A DNA stretch of 54,930 nt from an uncultured Gammaproteobacteria bacterium (lineage in GTDB: Bacteria; Patescibacteriota; Patescibacteriia; UBA9934). The stretch is from positions 38,238 through 93,167 of the forward strand of contig CAYMYA010000002.1 of NCBI GenBank assembly GCA_964394565.1, given 5' to 3'. The notes under the pieces were generated by a model. The model was not told the origin of the DNA. It was given only the letters and a program-made list of their open reading frames with translations, and made no database searches. Numbering within the stretch: position 1 is the first letter of the stretch; each line of letters opens with the position of its first letter. The translations under genes were made by a program, and so were the position numbers. Shown in pieces: positions 12,194-21,108 of this stretch.

Positions 12194-12880
12194 ATGACTG
12201 GTAAGCGCATGATTGCTGCGAAGACAGGAATCGATAAGAAAAAGACGTACACTGTTGAAGAAGCGGTTGCACTCATGAAGGGCGCAGCAAAAGCAAAATT
12301 CGACGAAACCGTTGAGCTCCACTTCTCACTCGGCATTGACCCAAAACAAGGTGATCAACAACTCCGTGGCACCGTCACTATGCCGCACGGCACTGGAAAA
12401 ACGAAACGCGTGATCGCCTTCGTTGATACAAATAACGAAGCGGCAGCGAAAGCTGCGGGCGCGGATATTATTGGAACAGAAGAGGTTTTGGATACCATTG
12501 TTCGTACGGGAAAAATTGATTTCGACGTTGCCGTTGCAGTGCCGGCGATGATGCCGAAGCTCGCAAAAGCCGCAAAGGTTCTCGGGCCTCGCGGACTCAT
12601 GCCAAACCCAAAGACGGATACCGTCGGCCCAAACATCGCAAAGATGGTTGAGGAACAAAAGGGTGGGAAAATCTCATTCAAAAACGACAACACTGCAAAC
12701 GTGCACATGATTGTTGGGAAAGCATCGTTCAGTCCAGAGCAATTGATCGCGAACGTGAAGGTTGCAACAGATGCCATTCGCAAGGTAAAACCAGCGTCAT
12801 CCAAAGGCATTTACCTCAAGTCCGCCACCATGACATCTACCATGGGTCCAGCAATTCGCTTCGACGCAAACGCTGTGTAA
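12194..12880 (+). CDS. rplA: 50S ribosomal protein L1.
   Basis: 228 aa with ..FDETVELHFSLGIDPKQGDQQLRGTV.LPHGTGK.. Conserved position after rplK. Confidence 0.96.
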   Translation: MTGKRMIAAKTGIDKKKTYTVEEAVALMKGAAKAKFDETVELHFSLGIDPKQGDQQLRGTVTMPHGTGKTKRVIAFVDTNNEAAAKAAGADIIGTEEVLDTIVRTGKIDFDVAVAVPAMMPKLAKAAKVLGPRGLMPNPKTDTVGPNIAKMVEEQKGGKISFKNDNTANVHMIVGKASFSPEQLIANVKVATDAIRKVKPASSKGIYLKSATMTSTMGPAIRFDANAV

Positions 12881-12914
12881 GTCACTCTACATTGCATACA
12901 TTCACAACAGCATC

Positions 12915-12940
12915 AGTCCCTCTCCCACGAGGGACTTTTG
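12915..12940 (+). terminator. Intrinsic terminator after rplA.
   Basis: AGTCCCTC-TCCCAC-GAGGGACT followed by TTTTGCTT. Confidence 0.6.
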
Positions 12941-12970
12941 CTTCACATTTTTTCATACTAACACGCCCCT

Positions 12971-13444
12971 ATGTCTCTTCACCTCATACCTGGTTTTAAA
13001 CAATCGCCTTCGTTTTGTGGGCCAGTATGTTTAAAAATGATTCTCCATTATTACGGCATCGACGCATCTGAAGAGGATATTGGTCGCGTCGCAAAAACAA
13101 CAGTCGAACACGGCACCACGAACGATAATCTCCTCATCGCAGCACGATCATACGGTCTAGACGGCGTGTGGCACAAAGAAGCAACGCTCGCAGATTTATG
13201 TACACACGTTGCACAAAATATTCCCGTCATCGTAGAATGGTTTTCCACAAATCAAGTGCATTATTCCATCGTCGTTGGTGCAGACGAAGATCAGATTGTC
13301 CTCCTTAATCCAGAACACGGGGAACAAGAATCATTCACTCACGAAGAATTCATGAGTGTTTGGTTTTCATTCTCTGGCCCATTCATCAAAACGCAACGCG
13401 ATGTGCAATTGCGGTGGATGTTGCCGCTCACAAAGGCGAGGTAA
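12971..13444 (+). CDS. Stand-alone papain-like cysteine peptidase (C39-like domain).
   Basis: QSPSFCGPVCLKMILHYYG has the Q...C nucleophile context of C39 peptidases. ..NQVHYSIVVG supplies the His, and ..LLNPEHG follows. No ABC-transporter domains are attached. Confidence 0.65.
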   Translation: MSLHLIPGFKQSPSFCGPVCLKMILHYYGIDASEEDIGRVAKTTVEHGTTNDNLLIAARSYGLDGVWHKEATLADLCTHVAQNIPVIVEWFSTNQVHYSIVVGADEDQIVLLNPEHGEQESFTHEEFMSVWFSFSGPFIKTQRDVQLRWMLPLTKAR

Positions 13445-13473
13445 ATTCAGACGCAAATGAAAAATCTGAAAGT

Positions 13474-13499
13474 AAAAACCCTCGCATCCGGGGGTTTTT
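13474..13499 (+). terminator. Intrinsic terminator after the C39-like gene.
   Basis: AAAAACCCTCG-CATC-CGGGGGTTTTT with one G-U pair. Confidence 0.6.
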
Positions 13500-13554
13500 A
13501 CTTGTCCACACGCTGAGTACTTTCCCTAGAGATTACCGGCTAAGATGTGGCCAT

Positions 13555-14139
13555 ATGTCATCTTACGATCCCTTTGGCCCCGGCTCCAGTCGCGAAAAGC
13601 GTTTTATCCCGGACCAAGCAAAACTCAAAATTCTCGTCGAAAGCTTAAAGGCGCTTGGCATGCGGGTGGTACTCACCCAAGGGGTGTACGACCTTATTCA
13701 TGAAGGCCATGCCGCGTATTTGGAGAAGGCAAAATCCTACGGCGATATTCTCATCGTTGGTATTGATTCAGACGAGCTCACAAAGCTCAGAAAAGGCCCG
13801 CGCCGCCCTATCGTTCCGCAAAACGAACGCATCAACATGCTTCTTCACCTAAGACACGTTGATCTCGTCACCATAAAAGAAGCACATCACGGCATTGGCG
13901 ATATTATTGAGATTGTCAAACCAGACGTCATGGTGTTTTCTGCATCAACCAAGGAGGTTACACCAACAGATATTCAAGGCTACGAACAATACTGCGGAGA
14001 AATCGTTGTCCTTCAGCCACAAGCTGCTACTACCACCACTGCTCGCGTACGAAATCTCACCATTGAAGGCGCGGAAAATCTCGCAAAAGAAGTGAACGAA
14101 CTTATTTCTACCTTTCTCGACCAAATCAAAACCGGATAG
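13555..14139 (+). CDS. Cytidylyltransferase-family nucleotidyltransferase (RfaE domain II / TagD-like).
   Basis: Internal ATG of ORF 13360..14139. VVLTQGVYDLIHEGHAAYLEKAK carries the HxGH motif, followed by ..IVGIDSDE... TAAGAT lies 8 nt upstream of the ATG. Confidence 0.72.
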   Translation: MSSYDPFGPGSSREKRFIPDQAKLKILVESLKALGMRVVLTQGVYDLIHEGHAAYLEKAKSYGDILIVGIDSDELTKLRKGPRRPIVPQNERINMLLHLRHVDLVTIKEAHHGIGDIIEIVKPDVMVFSASTKEVTPTDIQGYEQYCGEIVVLQPQAATTTTARVRNLTIEGAENLAKEVNELISTFLDQIKTG

Positions 14140-14143
14140 CCCT

Positions 14144-14989
14144 ATGATTCTCGCGTTCGTTCCGGTCATTCACCAAGGATACATTAACTTTTTCGCAAAA
14201 CACCCCGGAGAAATCGGGATCTTCGGCAGCGACGTGATCGCAGACTTTACATCTCTCACCCGCGACTGCCGCACCGTGAACCCTGGACTCATGAAACGCA
14301 CCATTGAATCACTTCATCTCTTTAGTACCGTACGCGTGCTCTCAAAAGAAGGAATTGCCCAACTCGCACGCACACAAACACCCATCGTCATGCCGGATGA
14401 AGACGTGTCCCGAGCGATAGTGGAACGCTATACCATCCAACATGTCACGTTCGACTCGGTATTTCTGCGTTGGGATAAAATCATCACCACGCAAGAACAT
14501 ATCGTAGCACCCCACCACGTTATTCTGCGCGATGAGTTTTCGCAATCCATGATGTACATTGCGCTTGCGGAATCGCAAAAAAGCGCAGACTGGTGGCGCC
14601 GCATTGGCACGGCAATCGTGCGTGACGGAAACATTCTTGCACTCGCTCATAACCGCCATTTGCCAACAGATTTCCACCTTGCGGCGCTGGGGGATCCACG
14701 ATCGAACTTCGATGCCGGAGAACGGATTGATCTGTCTACCGCAATCCATGCTGAAGCGCTCGCCGTGGCACAAAGCGCGAAACTTGGCGTTTCCCTTGCG
14801 GGCGCCGACCTCTTTGTGGTGACCTTCCCATGCCCAAACTGTGCACGGCTCATTGCGGAAGCTGGAATAAAGCGCGTGTATTATGCTAAAGGCTATTCGC
14901 TCCTAGACGCAGAACGCATTCTCAACGCGTACGGCATCGACATCGCGCTCGTCGATCTCGAGCCCTCCCCCGCTACCCCAAACGCGTGA
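14144..14989 (+). CDS. dCMP (CMP/dCMP-type) deaminase with an uncharacterised ~140-aa N-terminal domain.
   Basis: The C-terminal half has ..AIHAEALAV.. (HAE) and ..TFPCPNCARLIAEAGIKRVYY (PCxxC zinc site). The N-terminal half (AFVPVIHQGYINFF..) resembles a degenerate HxGH nucleotidyltransferase fold. Confidence 0.78.
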   Translation: MILAFVPVIHQGYINFFAKHPGEIGIFGSDVIADFTSLTRDCRTVNPGLMKRTIESLHLFSTVRVLSKEGIAQLARTQTPIVMPDEDVSRAIVERYTIQHVTFDSVFLRWDKIITTQEHIVAPHHVILRDEFSQSMMYIALAESQKSADWWRRIGTAIVRDGNILALAHNRHLPTDFHLAALGDPRSNFDAGERIDLSTAIHAEALAVAQSAKLGVSLAGADLFVVTFPCPNCARLIAEAGIKRVYYAKGYSLLDAERILNAYGIDIALVDLEPSPATPNA

Positions 14990-15416
14990 TAACTCCCACC
15001 TTCGGGTTATATGCCACATCGTCAGGATCTGACTGTAACAGCTGGCAATGCAAGTGCGAAACGGTCGACCCTGTAAAACGCATATCACCGAAACGCATAA
15101 AGAACGATCCCGCTGGCATATGCAACGATTCTGCAAGATCATGCAGAATTTCTCCAAGCTCCGTCCATGCTTCAGGGGAAAGATTCCCGACGTGCTCAAT
15201 ATGCTCACGGTGAATGAGGAGCTTATGGTGCTTCGTGGCGTGGTACGGAAACTGATTATCCGTCACAATCCAATACCGTCGTACGTCCATGGACTTTTTA
15301 TGAAATTGCTCAAGGTGCTCCGGGCAGAAGGGACAAATGCGCTTCTCGGCAATTGCGGCAATCACCTGATCGTACCCCCCGGGGCGCGAATTCTGCTGAT
15401 TCACGAAATTCTGCAT
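14973..15416 (-). CDS. HIT-superfamily protein of the GalT/Ap4A-phosphorylase branch (HxHxQ).
   Basis: CPFCPEHL (zinc knuckle) and ..TVSHLHCQLL (H-x-H-x-Q rather than HxHxH). Length is 147 aa. It starts 2 nt after the ThyA-fusion stop, so the two are probably one operon. Confidence 0.7.
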   Translation of the reverse strand: MQNFVNQQNSRPGGYDQVIAAIAEKRICPFCPEHLEQFHKKSMDVRRYWIVTDNQFPYHATKHHKLLIHREHIEHVGNLSPEAWTELGEILHDLAESLHMPAGSFFMRFGDMRFTGSTVSHLHCQLLQSDPDDVAYNPKVGVITRLG

Positions 15417-15418
15417 AG

Positions 15419-16819
15419 TTATACTGGCGTCGGGATCACCATTGCATCGTGCGGGGTGTAATCCGCAACAGTGAAATGCTCCGGGCGGAAATCGAGGAGA
15501 TCATTCACCGTAGAATCCATGTACATCGTTGGGAACACTTTCGGCTCACGCTCCAAGATCTGCTTCACATGCTCAAATTGGCTTTCGTAAATGTGCGCGT
15601 CCGAAATTGTGTAAACAAGTTCTTTTGGTGTGTACCCTGTAACTTGTGCGATCATCATCGTGAACGCGGCGTATTGGATCATGTTGAACACTACGCCAAC
15701 CGGAATATCACCGCTCCGCTGGAAATGGTGGACGGAAAGCTGCTTTGTTTCTGGGAACACGAGGATGTGCAAATACCCATGACATGGCGCAACCACCACC
15801 TTGCGCGGCGGAATGCCTGAGTGTTGAAGCGTGTACTGCGGAATCCACGGAGAAATAATATGTGTACGCAAATTTGGCCGTTCTTTGATTTGCTTTACGA
15901 CGTGTTCAATTTGGTTAAAGGGCTCACCCTCTGCCGTTGGAAACGCAGCCCATGCTGGCCCATAGCTTCCTGGTCCTAAATCGCCCTCCGGCAACCCGAA
16001 AATATCGCAGCGCTCTTTCGTGACCCATTTCTTCCACCACGCACAACCAAACGCTTTTAATTCATCTTGCGTTCGTGCACCATGAAGAAATGCAACATGC
16101 TCACCAAGCGCACCGGTCATGAACCGACCAGAAAGATCGCGTTCTGTAATCATTGGAAACCCATTCGTGAGATCAAAATGCATTTGCGCGCCAAGAATCA
16201 TACGAGACCCCTCGCCCTGAATCGGTTTCACGTCTACCCCTTCCTCTAAAATCTTTTTGAGCAAATTATGATACTGCCAATCCACTGTCCGCTCCGCAAC
16301 CGGTTTCATAAACGAACGCTGCACGCGATAATGCAACAACACGCTCCGCGCATTCAAGGCTCGTGTTTCCACCAATTCCAAATTCACCCGCGCGAACTTT
16401 TCTCCCAATGGAACACCGTTCCCGAATAAAAATGGTTCGAGCGTCAGGAACACGTCGTCGACCATTCCGGCATCTAAAAACTGACTATATACCGATGCAC
16501 CGCCACCAAGCACAACCGTTTCCACGCCTTCTGCCGCGAGCCGCTTCATGAGATCTTTCGGAGACTCGTTCGTAAACTCCACCCCGTCAATGGGCTGCAC
16601 GGCATCAGGGCGCGAGGTCAACACGATCACGCGACGGTCTTTCAACCCCTTACCAATCGTCATAAACGTGGTGCTGCCCATAATAACAACGCCAGCCTCC
16701 TTCGTCTTTTGCACAAAAAATTGTGTATCTTCAGCGCTTGTCCAGTCGAGCGACGATTGCTCTTTCCGCTCCGCAATTTTTCCGTCCGCAGATATTGCGG
16801 CAATGAGCCAGATTTTCAT
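15419..16819 (-). CDS. thyA: Fusion protein: N-terminal RibD_C/DHFR-like reductase domain plus C-terminal thymidylate synthase ThyA.
   Basis: ORF 15419..17080 is trimmed to M88. The N-domain reads MKIWLIAAISADGKIAE..DWTSAEDTQFF..VIMGSTTF..VVLGGGASVYSQFL (RibD C-terminal/DHFR-like). The C-domain reads ..GFPMITERDL.., ..VVAPCHGYLHILV (catalytic PCH), ..FQRSGDIPVGVVFNMIQYA.., ..SDAHIY. No stop separates the two domains. Confidence 0.85.
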   Translation of the reverse strand: MKIWLIAAISADGKIAERKEQSSLDWTSAEDTQFFVQKTKEAGVVIMGSTTFMTIGKGLKDRRVIVLTSRPDAVQPIDGVEFTNESPKDLMKRLAAEGVETVVLGGGASVYSQFLDAGMVDDVFLTLEPFLFGNGVPLGEKFARVNLELVETRALNARSVLLHYRVQRSFMKPVAERTVDWQYHNLLKKILEEGVDVKPIQGEGSRMILGAQMHFDLTNGFPMITERDLSGRFMTGALGEHVAFLHGARTQDELKAFGCAWWKKWVTKERCDIFGLPEGDLGPGSYGPAWAAFPTAEGEPFNQIEHVVKQIKERPNLRTHIISPWIPQYTLQHSGIPPRKVVVAPCHGYLHILVFPETKQLSVHHFQRSGDIPVGVVFNMIQYAAFTMMIAQVTGYTPKELVYTISDAHIYESQFEHVKQILEREPKVFPTMYMDSTVNDLLDFRPEHFTVADYTPHDAMVIPTPV

Positions 16820-17066
16820 AGGTATTCGGATGGTATCAGCAGCACCAAGAAGCACCAATCTTCCATGTGGATAGAAAAAATGAAGAAAAAATTCACGTAG
16901 CCAAGCATGGAGGCTACGCGAATCTCTGTGACGAAGCGAAACCTCGCCTGTCATGCAAAGCACTCTACACGAGAATTTTTCCTGATCAATTTTTTTCTGG
17001 GGATAAGGAACAAAACGTGGATAAGTTCTCGAAAAGAATGGGGAACTCCGGTACCCTCGAACCACT

Positions 17067-17492
17067 ATGGACATTTCCATTCGCCGTATCTCCCCAACCG
17101 CTCCCTTCCCCCAATATCACACACCCGGTGCTGCGGCATTCGACCTCGCAGTGATTGAAGGAAAAACATTACAATCAAACGAGCGAGCGCTCTTTGCGAC
17201 TGGCCTCGTCATCAAGGTTCCGGAAGATCATGTGCTCATTCTTGCGCCACGTTCGAGCAATGCAAAAAAAGGCATTCGCCTCAGTAACGGCATTGGTGTG
17301 ATTGACAGCGATTATTGTGGTCCAACGGATGAACTCAAGCTCGCGTTGCATAACATTGGCAGTGCGCCGTATACCGTAGAAGCCGGGGAGCGTATTGCTC
17401 AAGGGCTTTTTATCCCAATTTCTCGCGCGACATTCCTTGAACCTGCCGTATGGGAAGAAAAGGATCGCGGCGGCTTTGGAACAACGGGATAA
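17067..17492 (+). CDS. dut: dUTP diphosphatase.
   Basis: ..GAAAFDL.., ..APRSSNAKKGI.., ..GVIDSDYCG.., ..DRGGFGTTG, the five dUTPase motifs. Length is 141 aa. Confidence 0.95.
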   Translation: MDISIRRISPTAPFPQYHTPGAAAFDLAVIEGKTLQSNERALFATGLVIKVPEDHVLILAPRSSNAKKGIRLSNGIGVIDSDYCGPTDELKLALHNIGSAPYTVEAGERIAQGLFIPISRATFLEPAVWEEKDRGGFGTTG

Positions 17493-17555
17493 CTCATCCT
17501 TCACCCGTCCAGCAGAGTTTTCCTGTATACTTCACCACAATTGAAATCAACCATT

Positions 17556-18440
17556 ATGGCAAACATCATCACCCTTGGGCTCCTCATCGATAAAACCGTT
17601 GAGCATTACCATACCCATTTCAAAGAACTTGTCGGGATCACACTGTGGCTCATTGTTGGGGCGTCGCCATTTCTTTTTTCTGGATATATTGCACCGGCTG
17701 GAGTAGATACCACCACACCAACCCACGAAATTCTCTTATATTTGGGCGTGAATCTTGTCGGTCTCATCACGACCACGATCACCAGCCTGTGGATTGCAGC
17801 GTGCTTAATGCTCACGATTCATGCTCGAGCTCAGGGCACAGTACCAGACCACGTTGCCCTCGGAAAACGCGCCTGGAAATTTGCTCCATCGCTTTTCGTG
17901 TTTTCACTGCTCTTTTCTGCAGCGCTCCTCCTTACCGTCATCACGCTCTTTTTACCTGGAGTCATTCTCCTCATGACGAATACTGCGGACGGGAGCGCTG
18001 GAACTATCCTTGGCCTCGGTGGGGTGTTCCTGCTGTTTACTGGCGCAATTGCCGCACTCTACGTCATGTTCCGATACAGCATCGAACTCGCCTTTGCCCA
18101 ATTCTCCATAGTTCTCGAACAGCCGGCGAAATTTTCGCTTCGGACCATGTGGCAGGCAGCACAATCATCACGCACTCGCGTTCGGGGCTCATGGTGGGCG
18201 GTCGCACTACGCCTCGTTGTTCCAAATGCGATCATTTCGCTCATTGTCGTGTGCGTCTCCATGGGCATAAATTTTGCCACAACGCTCATGCTCACATTCG
18301 CGGCAGCATCACTTTCCGCGCTCGCAATTAAACTCATCGCTATTGTGCTCACGATGAGTATCTTCGTTGTCAATGCATTAGTCATGCCGCTCTATTCGCT
18401 CGCAACGTATTACCTCTATGACAGCGTCAAGCGAACATAA
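17556..18440 (+). CDS. Hypothetical polytopic membrane protein.
   Basis: ATG (MANIITLG..) lies inside ORF 17541..18440. Six or more hydrophobic segments. No family recognised. Confidence 0.6.
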   Translation: MANIITLGLLIDKTVEHYHTHFKELVGITLWLIVGASPFLFSGYIAPAGVDTTTPTHEILLYLGVNLVGLITTTITSLWIAACLMLTIHARAQGTVPDHVALGKRAWKFAPSLFVFSLLFSAALLLTVITLFLPGVILLMTNTADGSAGTILGLGGVFLLFTGAIAALYVMFRYSIELAFAQFSIVLEQPAKFSLRTMWQAAQSSRTRVRGSWWAVALRLVVPNAIISLIVVCVSMGINFATTLMLTFAAASLSALAIKLIAIVLTMSIFVVNALVMPLYSLATYYLYDSVKRT

Positions 18441-19194
18441 TCCTAGCACAATATCTTCAGACACTGGGCTCCCGAGCGCATGGGAAATCCTGCTGTACAG
18501 CCTTACACTCACCAAACGCTACGCGCAAGACATATACGGCTTTGCAGCATATTTACTCTTCCCTATTCTTTTAAGCTTCGGAACACAACACCTCACGGGA
18601 GCACTCGGCGAACTCTTCACGAGCATCGTGAGTCTCTTTTTTATTCTCACCGCGTGCTGGATTCACGCCACGATGATCATCACCGTCAGCATGCGCACAG
18701 CTAGCCCTCAAAAAGATCCTGATCCACGGAGCGTTGGGCTCTATGCAACATCTATCCTCGGCACACTCACGCTCACCATGCTCCTTTCTTTCTTACTCCA
18801 AATTGCAGGGTATATTCTCATTATTCCTGGCATCATTGCCTCAGTGTTCTTCGCGTTCGCCGCACAAGAAGTCGTGCTCCACGGTGCCGGCCCGCTCTCT
18901 GCTCTTGCAGCATCACGCGCGAAAGTTCAGCCACAATTCTTTCCCGTGTTCTGGAGACTTGCCTTCATATTTTTCACTATTATTGGCATATACCTGCTTT
19001 GCGTTGCCATCCTTCTCTCAGTTGCAAGTATCATTTCTGGTATAGAACCCATGGCTATTGCCCAAAATACTCCCGCATGGCTTGACGCAGTCATCACGGT
19101 GATGCAAATTGTCTTCCTCCCACCCCTCATTATTGGCCAGACGGTGCTCTACCTCTCTCTCAACACAACACCCAAAGAATCCTTGCCGTCCTAG
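18418..19194 (+). CDS. Hypothetical polytopic membrane protein, with architecture similar to the preceding gene.
   Basis: Overlaps the upstream gene by 23 nt. Multiple TM segments. Possibly a paralogue of 17556..18440, judged by topology only. Confidence 0.6.
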   Translation: MTASSEHNPSTISSDTGLPSAWEILLYSLTLTKRYAQDIYGFAAYLLFPILLSFGTQHLTGALGELFTSIVSLFFILTACWIHATMIITVSMRTASPQKDPDPRSVGLYATSILGTLTLTMLLSFLLQIAGYILIIPGIIASVFFAFAAQEVVLHGAGPLSALAASRAKVQPQFFPVFWRLAFIFFTIIGIYLLCVAILLSVASIISGIEPMAIAQNTPAWLDAVITVMQIVFLPPLIIGQTVLYLSLNTTPKESLPS

Positions 19195-19196
19195 CT

Positions 19197-20672
19197 ATGC
19201 GTCTTCAACCCGTTATTGGCATCGAAACTCACGTCGAACTCAACACAGCAACAAAAATGTTCTGCGGATGTGCTGCACATGGCGATCTTTCTCACCCGAA
19301 CATCAATGTATGCCCGACCTGCATGGGGCACCCCGGCACACTCCCAGTACCAAACGCTAAAGCGCTCCACCATGCGGTGCTGCTTGGCCTTGCACTCAAT
19401 GGCACGATTACTGAGCATTCAAAATTCGATCGGAAGCATTATTTTTATCCGGATCTTCCGAAAGCGTACCAGATTTCTCAGTTCGATCTCCCCATTATGA
19501 CTGCCGGCGAACTCGATGTTGACGTTCCAAACGTTGGCACGTCGCGGATTGGTATCGAGCGCATGCATTTGGAAGAAGATTCCGCAAAAAATATTCATGG
19601 TGACGACGGCAAAACCTACATTGATTTCAATCGCGCAAGCGTGCCATTGTGTGAGATTGTGACGAAGCCGGATTTTCGCAGTGCAGCGGAAGCGAAGGCT
19701 TACGTCCAGGAACTCCGACTGCTCGTACGAACACTCGGTATTTCTGATGGCGACCTTGAGCGCGGGCACTTGCGGTGCGACGTAAACGTCTCCTTGCGCG
19801 AGGTCGATGAAACCGGAACGCCTGTTGGCCCATTGAATCCGAAAACGGAAATTAAAAACATCAACTCATTTCGTGCCATTGAGCGCGCAATCCAGTACGA
19901 AATTGCACGACAAACCGATTTGTGGCATGCGGGTACTCCGCCAACAACAACTACAACGCGCGGCTGGAACGACACCACACAAACCACAGAGGCACAGCGT
20001 ACCAAAGAAGATTCCGCAGATTACCGGTATTTCCCGGAACCAGACATTCCGCCGCTCGATTTGCGTCACCTTGTTACCGATATCCGCAACCGCATTCCAG
20101 AACTCCCCCATGCCAAACGCGAGCGGTTCGTTTCGGAATACGGGTTTAAGCCAGACGATGCCCGTTTCATGATTGACGAGAGTGCGCTCGCGCACTTCGT
20201 CGAAGCACTCATGTCTGAAGTATTCGCAGATGCAACAGATGACGAGAAACCTGGCCTTGCAAAACTCGCTTCCAGCTGGCTGATCACCAAATTCCCGAGT
20301 GTCCTTGCAGCACAAGCAAAAACATACAGCACTGCAACCGTCACGCCAGAAAACTTCTCTGAACTCCTTCTGCGCGTTGCTCGTCGTCAACTGACGGCGC
20401 AGAAAGCACTCGAAGTACTCACAAAAATGGAGGCGGATGGATGCGACCCAGACGACGCAATCGAAGTACTCGGCGGTACTACGGTAAGCGACGAGAACGC
20501 AATCGATGCGATCGTGACTGAGGTGCTCAATGCGAATCCCAATGAAGTGACGCGCTATAAAAACGGAGAAACCAAACTTCTACCGTTTTTCCTTGGTCAA
20601 GTAATGAAGACATCCAAAGGTAATGCAGATCCCGCAGTCGCCACGCAAGCCCTGAAAAAGGCACTCACGTAA
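19197..20672 (+). CDS. gatB: Asp/Glu-tRNA(Asn/Gln) amidotransferase subunit B.
   Basis: PVIGIETHVELNTATKMFCGC...NVCPTCMGHPGTLPVPN is the GatB N-terminal signature. Length is 491 aa. Confidence 0.95.
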   Translation: MRLQPVIGIETHVELNTATKMFCGCAAHGDLSHPNINVCPTCMGHPGTLPVPNAKALHHAVLLGLALNGTITEHSKFDRKHYFYPDLPKAYQISQFDLPIMTAGELDVDVPNVGTSRIGIERMHLEEDSAKNIHGDDGKTYIDFNRASVPLCEIVTKPDFRSAAEAKAYVQELRLLVRTLGISDGDLERGHLRCDVNVSLREVDETGTPVGPLNPKTEIKNINSFRAIERAIQYEIARQTDLWHAGTPPTTTTTRGWNDTTQTTEAQRTKEDSADYRYFPEPDIPPLDLRHLVTDIRNRIPELPHAKRERFVSEYGFKPDDARFMIDESALAHFVEALMSEVFADATDDEKPGLAKLASSWLITKFPSVLAAQAKTYSTATVTPENFSELLLRVARRQLTAQKALEVLTKMEADGCDPDDAIEVLGGTTVSDENAIDAIVTEVLNANPNEVTRYKNGETKLLPFFLGQVMKTSKGNADPAVATQALKKALT

Positions 20673-20676
20673 AAAC

Positions 20677-21108
20677 TTACTTTTTTACTGGAGGCCTTGC
20701 CAATGGCCGCGTATCACCGCCCCGTGCGCCAGAAACAGGGCGCCTTGCTTCGTCGAGCATCTCTTCTCGTGTTGTATCAAATGAAGGATATCGACGCGCC
20801 ATTGCCGCTGAGACCGTCGGGACTTCATCCGCTTCCTCAAGCGTTGTTGGGCCACGCAGACGCGACGGCTCATTGTTCGCCCGATATTCCAAAAGCGCCG
20901 CACGCCGCACCTGTAAACGAAAAAATTCCTCCCGAGGCATTCCCTGAATGTTTCGTAGCTTCTCCCGAATAGCTAAAAGCTCCGCTTCAATGTCGGTTTC
21001 CGGCGTAAGGGTAAGCATTTCCGCGGCAACTTCTTCCGAATCTGTTTTTCGTGCTGTACCCTCTTTTCTGCGCTCGGGAATATACCCCGATCCTTCCATC
21101 TTTTTCAT
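20677..21108 (-). CDS. Hypothetical charged/disordered protein (143 aa), translationally coupled to miaA.
   Basis: ORF 20677..21192 is trimmed to M29. Its ATG overlaps the miaA TGA as ATGA (21105-21108). No family recognised. Confidence 0.5.
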   Translation of the reverse strand: MKKMEGSGYIPERRKEGTARKTDSEEVAAEMLTLTPETDIEAELLAIREKLRNIQGMPREEFFRLQVRRAALLEYRANNEPSRLRGPTTLEEADEVPTVSAAMARRYPSFDTTREEMLDEARRPVSGARGGDTRPLARPPVKK

